Below are positions 13,385 through 20,709 of a stretch of 64,000 nt of DNA, one piece after another (position 1 is the stretch's first letter; every line of letters begins with the position of its first letter). The stretch comes from Acidocella sp. Its GTDB lineage: Bacteria; Pseudomonadota; Alphaproteobacteria; Acetobacterales; Acetobacteraceae. The stretch lies in the NCBI RefSeq assembly GCF_035535915.1, contig NZ_DATLPB010000012.1, positions 988-64,987 on the forward strand, in the 5' to 3' direction. The notes beneath the pieces are model-generated. The model did not search any database. It saw nothing but the letters and a program-made list of their open reading frames with translations, and was not told the origin of the DNA. A program made the translations under genes and the position numbers.

Positions 13385-13487
13385 GGCGACTTTTTGTAAA
13401 CAATCTGGGCCGTGCTGGTTTCACGGCCGCAGGCCCAGATTCGCGAAAATTTTTGCGCCGCTTTTTTTAAAAAAGCGGCTTCTTTCT
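13385..13487. repeat. Composite palindromic repeat, degenerate copy C
   Basis: CTGGGCC...GGCCCAG hairpin and GCCGCTTTTTTTAAAAAAGCGGC hairpin; left hairpin truncated; between convergent genes. Confidence 0.75.
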
Positions 13488-13491
13488 AGCC

Positions 13492-14742
13492 TTAAGCGAC
13501 CCGTTCGATCCGCGCGCCGCAGGCGGCGAGTTTCTGTTCCACCGCCTCGTAGCCGCGGTCCAGATGATACACCCGGTTGATGGTGGTTTCGCTTTCGGCG
13601 GCGAGGCCGGCGAGGACCAGCGAGACCGAGGCGCGCAGGTCGGTGGCCATGACCGGGGCGCCCGAGAGTTTCGGCACGCCGCGGATGATGGCCGAGGAGT
13701 TATGTGCGTTGATACGCGCTCCCATGCGGTTGAGTTCGGGCACATGCATAAAGCGGTTCTCGAAAATGGTCTCGGTGATCATGGAGGCGCCTTCCGCGAC
13801 CGCCATGAGGGCCATGAACTGCGCCTGCATGTCGGTGGGGAAGCCCGGAAAGGGCTCAGTCATCACGTCGACGCCGTTCAGCCGGCCGGTACGGGTGACG
13901 CGGAAACCGTTGGCTTCCGGGGTGATGACCACGCCGGCCTCCTGGAGTGAGGCGAGCACGGCGCCGAGATCTTCGGCGCGCGCGTTCTCAAGCAGCACGT
14001 CGCCGCCGGTGATGGCGGCGGCGCAGGCATAGGTGCCGGTTTCGATGCGGTCGGGGAGAATCGCGTGGTTGGCGCCGTGCAGCGCTTTGACGCCTTCGAT
14101 GACCAGCGTGTCGGTGCCGATGCCCTCGATTTTCGCGCCCATCGAAGTGAGGCAGCGGGCGAGATCGGAGATTTCCGGCTCACGCGCGGCATTTTTGAGG
14201 GTGGTAACGCCGTCCGCGAGGGTGGCGGCCATCAGCAGGTTCTCCGTGGCGCCGACCGAGACGAAGGGAAACACGATGGACGCGCCGCGCAGCCCTTGCG
14301 GCGCGGCGGCGTCGACATAGCCGCCATCGAGCTTGATGGCGGCGCCCATGGCTTCCAGCCCCTTGAGGTGCAGGTCGACCGGGCGGGTGCCGATGGCGCA
14401 GCCGCCGGGCAGGGACACCCGGGCTTCGCGGCACCGGGCCAGCAGCGGGCCGAGCACGAGAATCGAGGCGCGCATCTTGCGGACGATGTCGTAGGGCGCC
14501 TCGGTGTTGGTGATGCGGCCGCCGAGGGACAGGCTGCGGCCGTCCGGCTCCACGGCCAGGCCGTGTTGTGCCAGCAGTTCGGCCATGGTGGCGAGGTCGG
14601 CCAGTTTCGCGACATTGGAGAGCACCAGACGCTCGTCGGTGAGCAGGCCACAGGTCATCAGCGGCAGGGCGGCGTTCTTGGCGCCGGAAATGCGGATGGT
14701 ACCGGAGAGCGGCACGCCGCCGACGATGCGAATCGAATCCAT
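13492..14742 (-). CDS. murA: UDP-N-acetylglucosamine 1-carboxyvinyltransferase
   Basis: [34 protein letters not shown] and DLRASVSL motifs. Confidence 0.97.
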   Translation of the reverse strand: MDSIRIVGGVPLSGTIRISGAKNAALPLMTCGLLTDERLVLSNVAKLADLATMAELLAQHGLAVEPDGRSLSLGGRITNTEAPYDIVRKMRASILVLGPLLARCREARVSLPGGCAIGTRPVDLHLKGLEAMGAAIKLDGGYVDAAAPQGLRGASIVFPFVSVGATENLLMAATLADGVTTLKNAAREPEISDLARCLTSMGAKIEGIGTDTLVIEGVKALHGANHAILPDRIETGTYACAAAITGGDVLLENARAEDLGAVLASLQEAGVVITPEANGFRVTRTGRLNGVDVMTEPFPGFPTDMQAQFMALMAVAEGASMITETIFENRFMHVPELNRMGARINAHNSSAIIRGVPKLSGAPVMATDLRASVSLVLAGLAAESETTINRVYHLDRGYEAVEQKLAACGARIERVA

Positions 14743-14744
14743 GG

Positions 14745-15299
14745 CTACATCCTCGGCAGGGCGACGCCGCGCTGGCCCATATATTTGCCGGCTTTGTCGG
14801 CGTAGGAGATCTCGCACGGCGTATCGCCACGCAGGAACAGGAACTGGCAAATGCCCTCGCCGGCGTAGATTTTGGCCGGCAGCGGCGTGGTGTTGGAAAT
14901 CTCGATGGTCACCTGGCCTTCCCATTCCGGCTCCAGCGGCGTCACGTTCACGATGATGCCGCAGCGCGCGTAGGTGGACTTGCCGAGGCAGATCACCAGC
15001 ACGTCGCGCGGGATGCGGAAATATTCGACCGTGTGGGTGAGGGCGAAGCTGTTCGGCGGGATGATGCAGACCGGACCGGTGCGGTCGACAAAGCTCGCCG
15101 GGTTGAATGATTTCGGGTCGACAATGGCGCTGTCGACATTAGTGAAGACCTTGAAATGATCGGCGCAGCGGGCGTCATAGCCGTAAGATGACAGGCCGTA
15201 AGAAATCACGCCGTCACGCTTCTGCGTTTCGACGAAGGGCTCGATCATCCCCGCTTCGGTGGCCTGCTGGCGGATCCAGTGGTCGGGCATCACTGGCAT
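14745..15299 (-). CDS. dcd: dCTP deaminase
   Basis: [19 protein letters not shown] and TPLEPEWEG motifs. Confidence 0.96.
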   Translation of the reverse strand: MPVMPDHWIRQQATEAGMIEPFVETQKRDGVISYGLSSYGYDARCADHFKVFTNVDSAIVDPKSFNPASFVDRTGPVCIIPPNSFALTHTVEYFRIPRDVLVICLGKSTYARCGIIVNVTPLEPEWEGQVTIEISNTTPLPAKIYAGEGICQFLFLRGDTPCEISYADKAGKYMGQRGVALPRM

Positions 15300-15466
15300 G
15301 AGTCGGGGGTCTCCTGTTTCTCGGCCGGGCGTTCGGCGGCGGCGCGGGCTTGCTGTTTACGGCGCAGCAGATTGGCGCGCAAAGCCGCGGCCTCGCGGGC
15401 GGCGCGTTGCGCCTGACGGGCAGCGGCCGCGAGTTGGGCCTTGGTGGGGATCTGCTGGTCTTTCAT
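15290..15466 (-). CDS. Small Ala/Arg-rich hypothetical protein
   Basis: 58-aa helical ORF overlapping the dcd start. Confidence 0.5.
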   Translation of the reverse strand: MKDQQIPTKAQLAAAARQAQRAAREAAALRANLLRRKQQARAAAERPAEKQETPDSCQ

Positions 15467-15555
15467 GGGAAACCACTTGAAGCCGGGGCAAGGGCGCGGC
15501 GTCAAGGCCTGTAATGTCAAGGGCGCGAATTATGCGGGGGGAGGCACGTTACCTG

Positions 15556-15584
15556 TTGCACATGTCGCGCAGCGGCGATATAGG
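15556..15584 (+). promoter_or_regulatory. Putative native sigma70 promoter of tRNA-Thr, now upstream of attL
   Basis: TTGCAC-N17-TATAGG, 17 nt before the tRNA-derived repeat. Confidence 0.6.
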
Positions 15585-15601
15585 GCCGACAGCCACGCGG
15601 C

Positions 15602-15643
15602 GCTGTCATAGCTCAGGGGTAGAGCACTTCATTGGTAATGAAG
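15602..15643 (+). repeat. attL core: 42-bp copy of the 5' half of tRNA-Thr(GGT)
   Basis: GCTGTCATAGCTCAGGGGTAGAGCACTTCATTGGTAATGAAG identical to 58566-58607; identity ends exactly after the anticodon stem. Confidence 0.95.
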
Positions 15644-15701
15644 TTCCAGCCCCTTAAATTTTCCCGACAATTCAATCTGTTAGACGATTTTCGCCCGGAT
15701 C

Positions 15702-15722
15702 CTGCACGCATGGTGCACGGAT
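15702..15722. repeat. Putative integrase arm-type site (left)
   Basis: CTGCACGCATGGTGCACGGAT identical to 58446-58466; internal TGCACGSA tandem. Confidence 0.7.
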
Positions 15723-15861
15723 GCGATTTTCGTTGGTCTGCCCCCGCGCCAAAGCGCGGGGGCTAAGCTGCGTCAACAGCTTGAGCCGCGAGCTCGCACT
15801 CGCACGGATGAACCGCCCCGCACCTCCGGCCGGAGGCGGGGTCACAAGACTGGAAACTCTG

Positions 15862-16674
15862 ATGGAGTCAATTCGCGCCACCACGCCCGTCGCCCCGTAT
15901 CTGGGCGGCAAACGCAAGCTCGCCGCCCGTGTCATCCAGCGTCTCTCGGAGATCCGCCACGAATGCTATGTCGAGCCCTTCATCGGCATGGGTGGCATTT
16001 TTCTGCGCCGGCCGTGGCGCGCGGACATCGAGGTGATCAACGATATCAGCACCGACGTCGTGACCCTGTTTCGCATCCTGCAGCGCCATTACGTCGCCTT
16101 CCTCGACATGCTGAAATGGCAGCTAACGAGCCGAGCGGAGTTCGAGCGGCTGCGCCTGGCGGCGCCCGACACGCTGACGGATCTGGAGCGCGCTGCGCGC
16201 TTTCTCTATCTGCAGCGCACCGCCTTCGGGGGAAAGATCGCCGGCCGCACTTTTGGCGTCACCTTGAGCGGCGGGGCGCGGTTTGACATCACCCGGCTCG
16301 CCGCAGTGCTGGAAGACGTTCATGAGCGCCTCGCCGGCGTCGTCATCGAGCGCCTGCCCTATCACGAGCTGATCGCGACCTATGACCGGCCCGCGACCCT
16401 GTTCTATCTGGATCCCCCGTATTGGGGCTGCGAGACCGATTATGGCGAAGGGGTGTTCGCGCCAGCGGATTTCCAGCGCCTGGCCGAGATCCTCGCGGGC
16501 ATCAAAGGCCGTTTCTTGCTCTCCCTCAACGATACGCCGGAGATTCGGGCGATCTTTGCCGCCTTCACGATCGACGCGGTAGAGGTGGGCTATTCGGTCA
16601 ACGGCAAAGCCCAGAGCGTGGCAGGTGAGGTCTTGATCAGCAATCAGGGTGCCGGCGGCTCGTTATTTGGGTGA
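15862..16674 (+). CDS. DNA adenine methyltransferase (Dam/D12 class)
   Basis: PYLGGKRKLA, YVEPFIGMGGIF, NDIS and FYLDPPYW motifs. Confidence 0.93.
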   Translation: MESIRATTPVAPYLGGKRKLAARVIQRLSEIRHECYVEPFIGMGGIFLRRPWRADIEVINDISTDVVTLFRILQRHYVAFLDMLKWQLTSRAEFERLRLAAPDTLTDLERAARFLYLQRTAFGGKIAGRTFGVTLSGGARFDITRLAAVLEDVHERLAGVVIERLPYHELIATYDRPATLFYLDPPYWGCETDYGEGVFAPADFQRLAEILAGIKGRFLLSLNDTPEIRAIFAAFTIDAVEVGYSVNGKAQSVAGEVLISNQGAGGSLFG

Positions 16675-16714
16675 GTGCGTCCCCTTGGGTGGTTGTTGCA
16701 GATTCTGCAACAAC

Positions 16715-17122
16715 TCATTTGGCGACCATCTCCCACTGGTCCGCATCAATGTCCGGCTTCTTCCATCCGATCACCAACCCATCGCCGCCGATCTTCATGA
16801 TGATATAGTCGCCGTACCCGTTATCGTTGACGCACAGAATGGAGTTAGGGACATAATATCCCTTCCACTTAGCCAGACCTGCGCCAGAGGCATCAAGCAA
16901 CCAATACCGGCCGTCGTCGCAGACCTTATAGTGAATATCCGCCGTGGTTCCGGGCGGCCAGTCGATAACGCGCCCCGTTTCCAATTCGATGACCGGGCAC
17001 CATGCATCTCTCTTGCGGCGAGGTATGTTGCCATCCTCGTCAACTTCACCGTTTAGAGTGGAGCCCTCCCAGTAGCGCACGCCAGCCTCTACCTCGATAT
17101 AGCGGGCTCTCTCGATGCTCAT
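16715..17122 (-). CDS. Phage hypothetical protein
   Basis: 135-aa ORF, coupled by ATGA overlap to the upstream gene. Confidence 0.75.
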   Translation of the reverse strand: MSIERARYIEVEAGVRYWEGSTLNGEVDEDGNIPRRKRDAWCPVIELETGRVIDWPPGTTADIHYKVCDDGRYWLLDASGAGLAKWKGYYVPNSILCVNDNGYGDYIIMKIGGDGLVIGWKKPDIDADQWEMVAK

Positions 17123-17319
17123 GGTGTGGACTGCCTCTCCTTGATAGCCTCGTTCAGCAGATCGCGTATCTGGACAAGATCATCTCCCGTCACGATCACA
17201 GAAGCATCCTCATTGTAGGCGAAGGTCACGCCGAAGCGGCCTATGCGAGAGACGACGAGAGTTTCGCGCTCTCCGCTCATGTTGCACGGGAAACTGAGTT
17301 TCGTTGATGTTTCGCTCAT
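17119..17319 (-). CDS. Phage hypothetical protein
   Basis: 66 aa, flanked on both sides by the 23-bp junction repeat. Confidence 0.7.
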   Translation of the reverse strand: MSETSTKLSFPCNMSGERETLVVSRIGRFGVTFAYNEDASVIVTGDDLVQIRDLLNEAIKERQSTP

Positions 17320-17618
17320 GGTATGGACTGCCTTTCATCGAGCATGACTATCTTGCAACCTTCCCTCTGCGGTGCGCGGGCGACCCAGCTCTGCTCGAAC
17401 TCGGCGATCTCCTCCGGCGTCAGCCGGCGCGCCATTACGACCGCCATCTGTGGCGGAAGCACCGTACCATATAGCGCTTTCGTATAGGCGGCGATGGCAT
17501 TGGCTATACGCTCTGATTTGGTCGGTTCGCTGTAGCGCTCCAGATCAAAATCGCAATCGAAGGCTTCCTCTGCCAGGCGCAGCGCCTCGGTATGCATTTC
17601 CTCGGGCGTCATGCTCAA
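17316..17618 (-). CDS. Phage hypothetical protein
   Basis: TTG start with GAGG RBS; ends ERQSIP; 4-bp overlaps. Confidence 0.7.
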   Translation of the reverse strand: MSMTPEEMHTEALRLAEEAFDCDFDLERYSEPTKSERIANAIAAYTKALYGTVLPPQMAVVMARRLTPEEIAEFEQSWVARAPQREGCKIVMLDERQSIP

Positions 17619-17887
17619 TTCTGGACCTCATTTGTCACCTGGCGCTCGATGATACGAGCGAAGTAATAGGGCACCTGTTCGATTGCGATCGTCGAGGTAA
17701 CTATGGTTCCACCCCCATCCCGGCCGACCACGGGATCTGCGTCGATTATCTTGGTCGCCTCGACGGCTTCTTGCAGTGAAACGTCGCTCAGGTCAGGCAT
17801 CGTGAAGCAGCCGAGCCCGTTGATAACGAAATAGCCGGCGCACAGGCGCCGATTGATATCTAGGGCACGCTTGCGGGTCATGCTCAT
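17615..17887 (-). CDS. Phage hypothetical protein
   Basis: 90 aa; 4-bp overlaps at both ends. Confidence 0.65.
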   Translation of the reverse strand: MSMTRKRALDINRRLCAGYFVINGLGCFTMPDLSDVSLQEAVEATKIIDADPVVGRDGGGTIVTSTIAIEQVPYYFARIIERQVTNEVQN

Positions 17888-18063
17888 GTGATGTCCTTTG
17901 TGTCAGGGATAATCGCATCAACCCAAGTCACAAAGCGCGCTATGCATTCATCGCGATCTTTGCGCCATTCGTCGGCAGTGAAGCCGGTAAACCATTTCTT
18001 GGTTCCATCCGGGCTTTCGGCCTGGACGGAGATGGATTTTGGGCGCTTGTCGCTTTCACTCAT
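17884..18063 (-). CDS. Phage hypothetical protein (59 aa, not in the ORF track)
   Basis: Manual translation MSESDKRPKSISVQAESPDGTKKWFTG...DTKDIT; ATGA overlaps at both ends. Confidence 0.7.
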   Translation of the reverse strand: MSESDKRPKSISVQAESPDGTKKWFTGFTADEWRKDRDECIARFVTWVDAIIPDTKDIT

Positions 18064-18434
18064 GATACGGACTGCCTCTCATGTTTTTGGGCCTCAAGCC
18101 CGGTCGCGAATAGAAGGCCGACATCCAGCTTCCCGGTTGCTTCGAGCATGCATTGCGCCATGACTTTCATGGACTCGTACACTCGCTCTCCGGGCTGCGG
18201 GACTTTGATTTCTTCCTCTGGTGCCGCCCACCCCATCAACTTGTGCTTAAAGAAGTCGCCCATCCTGGCCGCTACGGAACAGTTGGCCTTATCCTTGCCG
18301 TAGGTTGTCACATGCTCGCCGTGCGGCTCATGAGCTTCGCCAACCCGGCGAGCGATCACTACCACCTGGTCATAGCCGTATTCGTCAGCAATAATCTTCG
18401 CGGCTTTGATCGGTATGCGCTTCATTCGGCTCAA
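18060..18434 (-). CDS. Phage hypothetical protein
   Basis: 124 aa (YGYDQVVVIARR...HVTTYG); ends ERQSVS. Confidence 0.75.
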   Translation of the reverse strand: MSRMKRIPIKAAKIIADEYGYDQVVVIARRVGEAHEPHGEHVTTYGKDKANCSVAARMGDFFKHKLMGWAAPEEEIKVPQPGERVYESMKVMAQCMLEATGKLDVGLLFATGLEAQKHERQSVS

Positions 18435-18784
18435 TTGTTTTCTCCGTCTGTCAGGGCGCGCCGGTCAATCTCCGCGACAAGCGCGGCCTTGGCCAGGCGT
18501 ATGGACACCTCATCAAGTCCTGTGATCTTTGCTGCGCGCTTATAGGCCGCATCATCCAACTCCCTTGGCATCAGCACGCTGTCAGACGCGGCGAGGTAGG
18601 CATCGATGGCGGCGCGGATGACCTTTCGAAGATTAAGGCGACCGTCGATAACGACCTCGGTTAGGTCATCGTCAGGCGTAAGGCTGTCGCCAGTCGGGCC
18701 TGCAATGAAGCAGTCCCCGTCGCGTTCGATCTCGGCAACCGCAGCCCGCGCCGCGCGCTCGATTATGGTCGGGATGCCGCTCAT
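18431..18784 (-). CDS. Phage hypothetical protein
   Basis: MSGIPTIIERAAR...; start lies in junction repeat 4. Confidence 0.7.
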   Translation of the reverse strand: MSGIPTIIERAARAAVAEIERDGDCFIAGPTGDSLTPDDDLTEVVIDGRLNLRKVIRAAIDAYLAASDSVLMPRELDDAAYKRAAKITGLDEVSIRLAKAALVAEIDRRALTDGENN

Positions 18785-18990
18785 GGTGTGGACTGCCTTC
18801 CTTTTTTCATCGCCTGCCCTTCGGCCCAAACCTGCTTGAAGTGATCAAGCAGGCCGGCGCCGGCAAGATAGGTTTCCATATGATCGACATACTCAAGCAC
18901 GGCAGTGATGTCGCGCTTTAGGGATCGGCTAATATCGTTTTCCTCGTCGGTCATGACAGTCTCGCGCAAACCATCTAGAATTTCGCTCAT
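18781..18990 (-). CDS. Phage hypothetical protein
   Basis: 69 aa; ends GRQSTP; coupled to the resolvase-like gene. Confidence 0.7.
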   Translation of the reverse strand: MSEILDGLRETVMTDEENDISRSLKRDITAVLEYVDHMETYLAGAGLLDHFKQVWAEGQAMKKGRQSTP

Positions 18991-19595
18991 GATTTTGCCT
19001 TTCTACCAAAAATAGGTTGATCGCGCGGCCCGAGCTTCCGATAGGCCGTGGACGGGCTGATCCCGATCTTCGCCGCGGCGGCATTGCCGGTCAGCGCCGG
19101 GTCCAGCCAGATCGCCAGCGCGGCCTCCTTGGCCTTCCCCGTGAGCTTCGTAGGCGTGCCGCCCAGGCGGCCGGTTTCAGCCCGCCGGACGCGCGCCTTG
19201 GCCAGCGCAAAGCTGCGGGTCAGTGTCTCGGCCCGGTTGCAGAAATCCACCACAGCCAGCGCCTCAGGGCTCCACGGTATGGCCTGCCCTGTGCTGGCAT
19301 CGAACACCGCGCCCTCGCGCCTGCCGATGGCCTGCAGCACCTCGAAGACCGCACCACGCGAACCGCCCAGGACTGCCGGCGATGCCACGGCAAGCTCATC
19401 GCCCGGTCGCATGGCGCGCAACGCCTCGGCCAGATCGGGCCGAGGTTCGGCGCCAGACTTTCGCCGCTTCTGGGCACGGTCACACCACACGGGGCCTTCG
19501 TCGCTAAAGTCATCGATGCCCGCGCCGCGCAGCGCCTCCTTCTGCTCTTTGAGGCTTGGCAAACCCGGCGCTTCGTTCATGTATCCTAGTCGCAC
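18987..19595 (-). CDS. Serine resolvase-like protein with C-terminal HTH; canonical catalytic residues absent
   Basis: GTG start MRLGYMNEAPGLPSLKEQKEALRGAG; RPDLAEALRAMRPGDELAV; GGTPTKL; C-terminal AAAKIGISPSTAYRKL. Confidence 0.8.
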   Translation of the reverse strand: MRLGYMNEAPGLPSLKEQKEALRGAGIDDFSDEGPVWCDRAQKRRKSGAEPRPDLAEALRAMRPGDELAVASPAVLGGSRGAVFEVLQAIGRREGAVFDASTGQAIPWSPEALAVVDFCNRAETLTRSFALAKARVRRAETGRLGGTPTKLTGKAKEAALAIWLDPALTGNAAAAKIGISPSTAYRKLGPRDQPIFGRKAKS

Positions 19596-19652
19596 TATCT
19601 CGCACCTGTTGTCATGTTGACAGAATGACATAACAGATGATAGATTGCAATC

Positions 19653-19895
19653 ATGATCAAGCTCACCACCCATGCCGAAGAAATGATTGCCGACCGGGGC
19701 ATCGCCCTGGCATGGGTTGTGAGCGCGATCGAGGCCCCGGACTCCCGCGCCGTTGACCCGCGCGACCCGAGCCTGACCCGTTCTTATCGGAAGATTTCTG
19801 AGGCTGATGGGCGTATTCTCCGGGTTGTTCATCGCCCGGATGGTGCCGATATTCTGGTGATCACGGCGTTTTTTGATAGAGGAATGAAGCTATGA
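19653..19895 (+). CDS. DUF4258-like putative toxin (RelE-like)
   Basis: LTTHAEEMIADRGI...LRVV...LVITAFFDR; ATGA overlap with the next gene. Confidence 0.8.
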   Translation: MIKLTTHAEEMIADRGIALAWVVSAIEAPDSRAVDPRDPSLTRSYRKISEADGRILRVVHRPDGADILVITAFFDRGMKL

Positions 19896-20086
19896 TCTCG
19901 ACCAACTACGACCCCGAAGCGGACGCCCTCTATGTGCAGATCGCGCCAAAGGGAACGCCGGTTGCAGAGACCCGCGAGATTGAACCGGGCGTGATCCTGG
20001 ACGTTGACGCTAAGGGCTCCGTCATCGGTATCGAGGTGTTGGGCGTGCGCGCTCGGTCCGCTGGTACGCCGGCTGCCGCTGCCTGA
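19892..20086 (+). CDS. DUF2283-like putative antitoxin
   Basis: YDPEADALYV...GVILDVDAKGSVIGIEVLG. Confidence 0.85.
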   Translation: MISTNYDPEADALYVQIAPKGTPVAETREIEPGVILDVDAKGSVIGIEVLGVRARSAGTPAAAA

Positions 20087-20261
20087 TTCCGCTAAGTGAG
20101 GCGACGGAAGCCGGTAGGAGATAATCCGGCCCTGCTCACCGAATCGAGGGGTGGCTACGCACAGCAAGCCGAAAGGTTGTCCCGCTGCCAACGTCACAAT
20201 GCCACAGCGATAGTCCATGACTGCAGCCGCACTATCTGCCGTCGCCTCGCTTAGCTGAATC
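20085..20261 (+). other. 177-nt element closed by a 23-bp imperfect inverted repeat (candidate structured RNA or MITE)
   Basis: GATTCCGCTAAGTGAGGCGACGG (20085-20107) pairs with CCGTCGCCTCGCTTAGCTGAATC (20239-20261); internal hairpins. Confidence 0.6.
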
Positions 20262-20287
20262 GAGTCCCACAACTGCCCGGAGCCGAC

Positions 20288-20599
20288 ATGGTAACTCTTA
20301 CGGACGTCAGGAACATGACCCTCTGCCAGCCGGGCGTAATCGGCGCGCGAGTTTCTGACGAGACGGCCAGGTGCATCACGGTCGAAGTATGGCTTGAAGA
20401 GGAAGCCGCAATCGAGCGCTTGCGGCAGACCTACTACAACAATTTACCTCTCGGCATTTCGCCAACTGTCCGCATTATGGATGGCCCCGTGCCTGCCGAT
20501 GCGCTGCCGTCTCGGCGCGATCTTCCGGCGCCTTACATCGATGTGGCTGCTGAACCCGGGCACCAGATCGCGATCAGCGGCCCTCCTGAATCCTCCTAA
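20288..20599 (+). CDS. Hypothetical protein
   Basis: 103 aa; GGAG RBS; no recognised motif. Confidence 0.55.
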   Translation: MVTLTDVRNMTLCQPGVIGARVSDETARCITVEVWLEEEAAIERLRQTYYNNLPLGISPTVRIMDGPVPADALPSRRDLPAPYIDVAAEPGHQIAISGPPESS

Positions 20600-20606
20600 T
20601 CCCCGA

Positions 20607-20657
20607 GCTACTTTTTGTGAGCAAAAAGTAGCAAAAAACTTTTTAAAACTTTTCTTT
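20607..20657. repeat. Partial host palindromic repeat (copy D) inside the prophage
   Basis: GCTACTTTTTG-TGAG-CAAAAAGTAGC-AAAAAACTTT matches the left module of copies A, B and E. Confidence 0.85.
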
Positions 20658-20709
20658 CACATTGCGTCTCTGCACGCGAATCCCACGAACAAAAAGACTA
20701 CCCGGGCGT

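Noticed and set aside
18987-19595. Tail-fibre invertase (Gin/Cin-type) system
   Set aside because: The gene is more than 30 kb from the fibre, lacks the catalytic Ser, and no inverted crossover sites or alternative fibre tip flank 51353-53085
20110-20141. tRNA gene or remnant (GCCGG...CCGGC-CCTGCTC-ACC looks like T-arm plus acceptor)
   Set aside because: Loop is 11 nt without TTC, no matching 5' acceptor strand upstream, and the end is CCG rather than CCA
20150-20190. c-di-GMP-I riboswitch (ACGCACAG...GAAA)
   Set aside because: Lacks the conserved GGCAAACC and GGGACGCAAAGC segments
20085-20261. Retron msr-msd or DGR element
   Set aside because: The long closing inverted repeat resembles a1/a2, but no reverse transcriptase ORF (YxDD context) was found in the window
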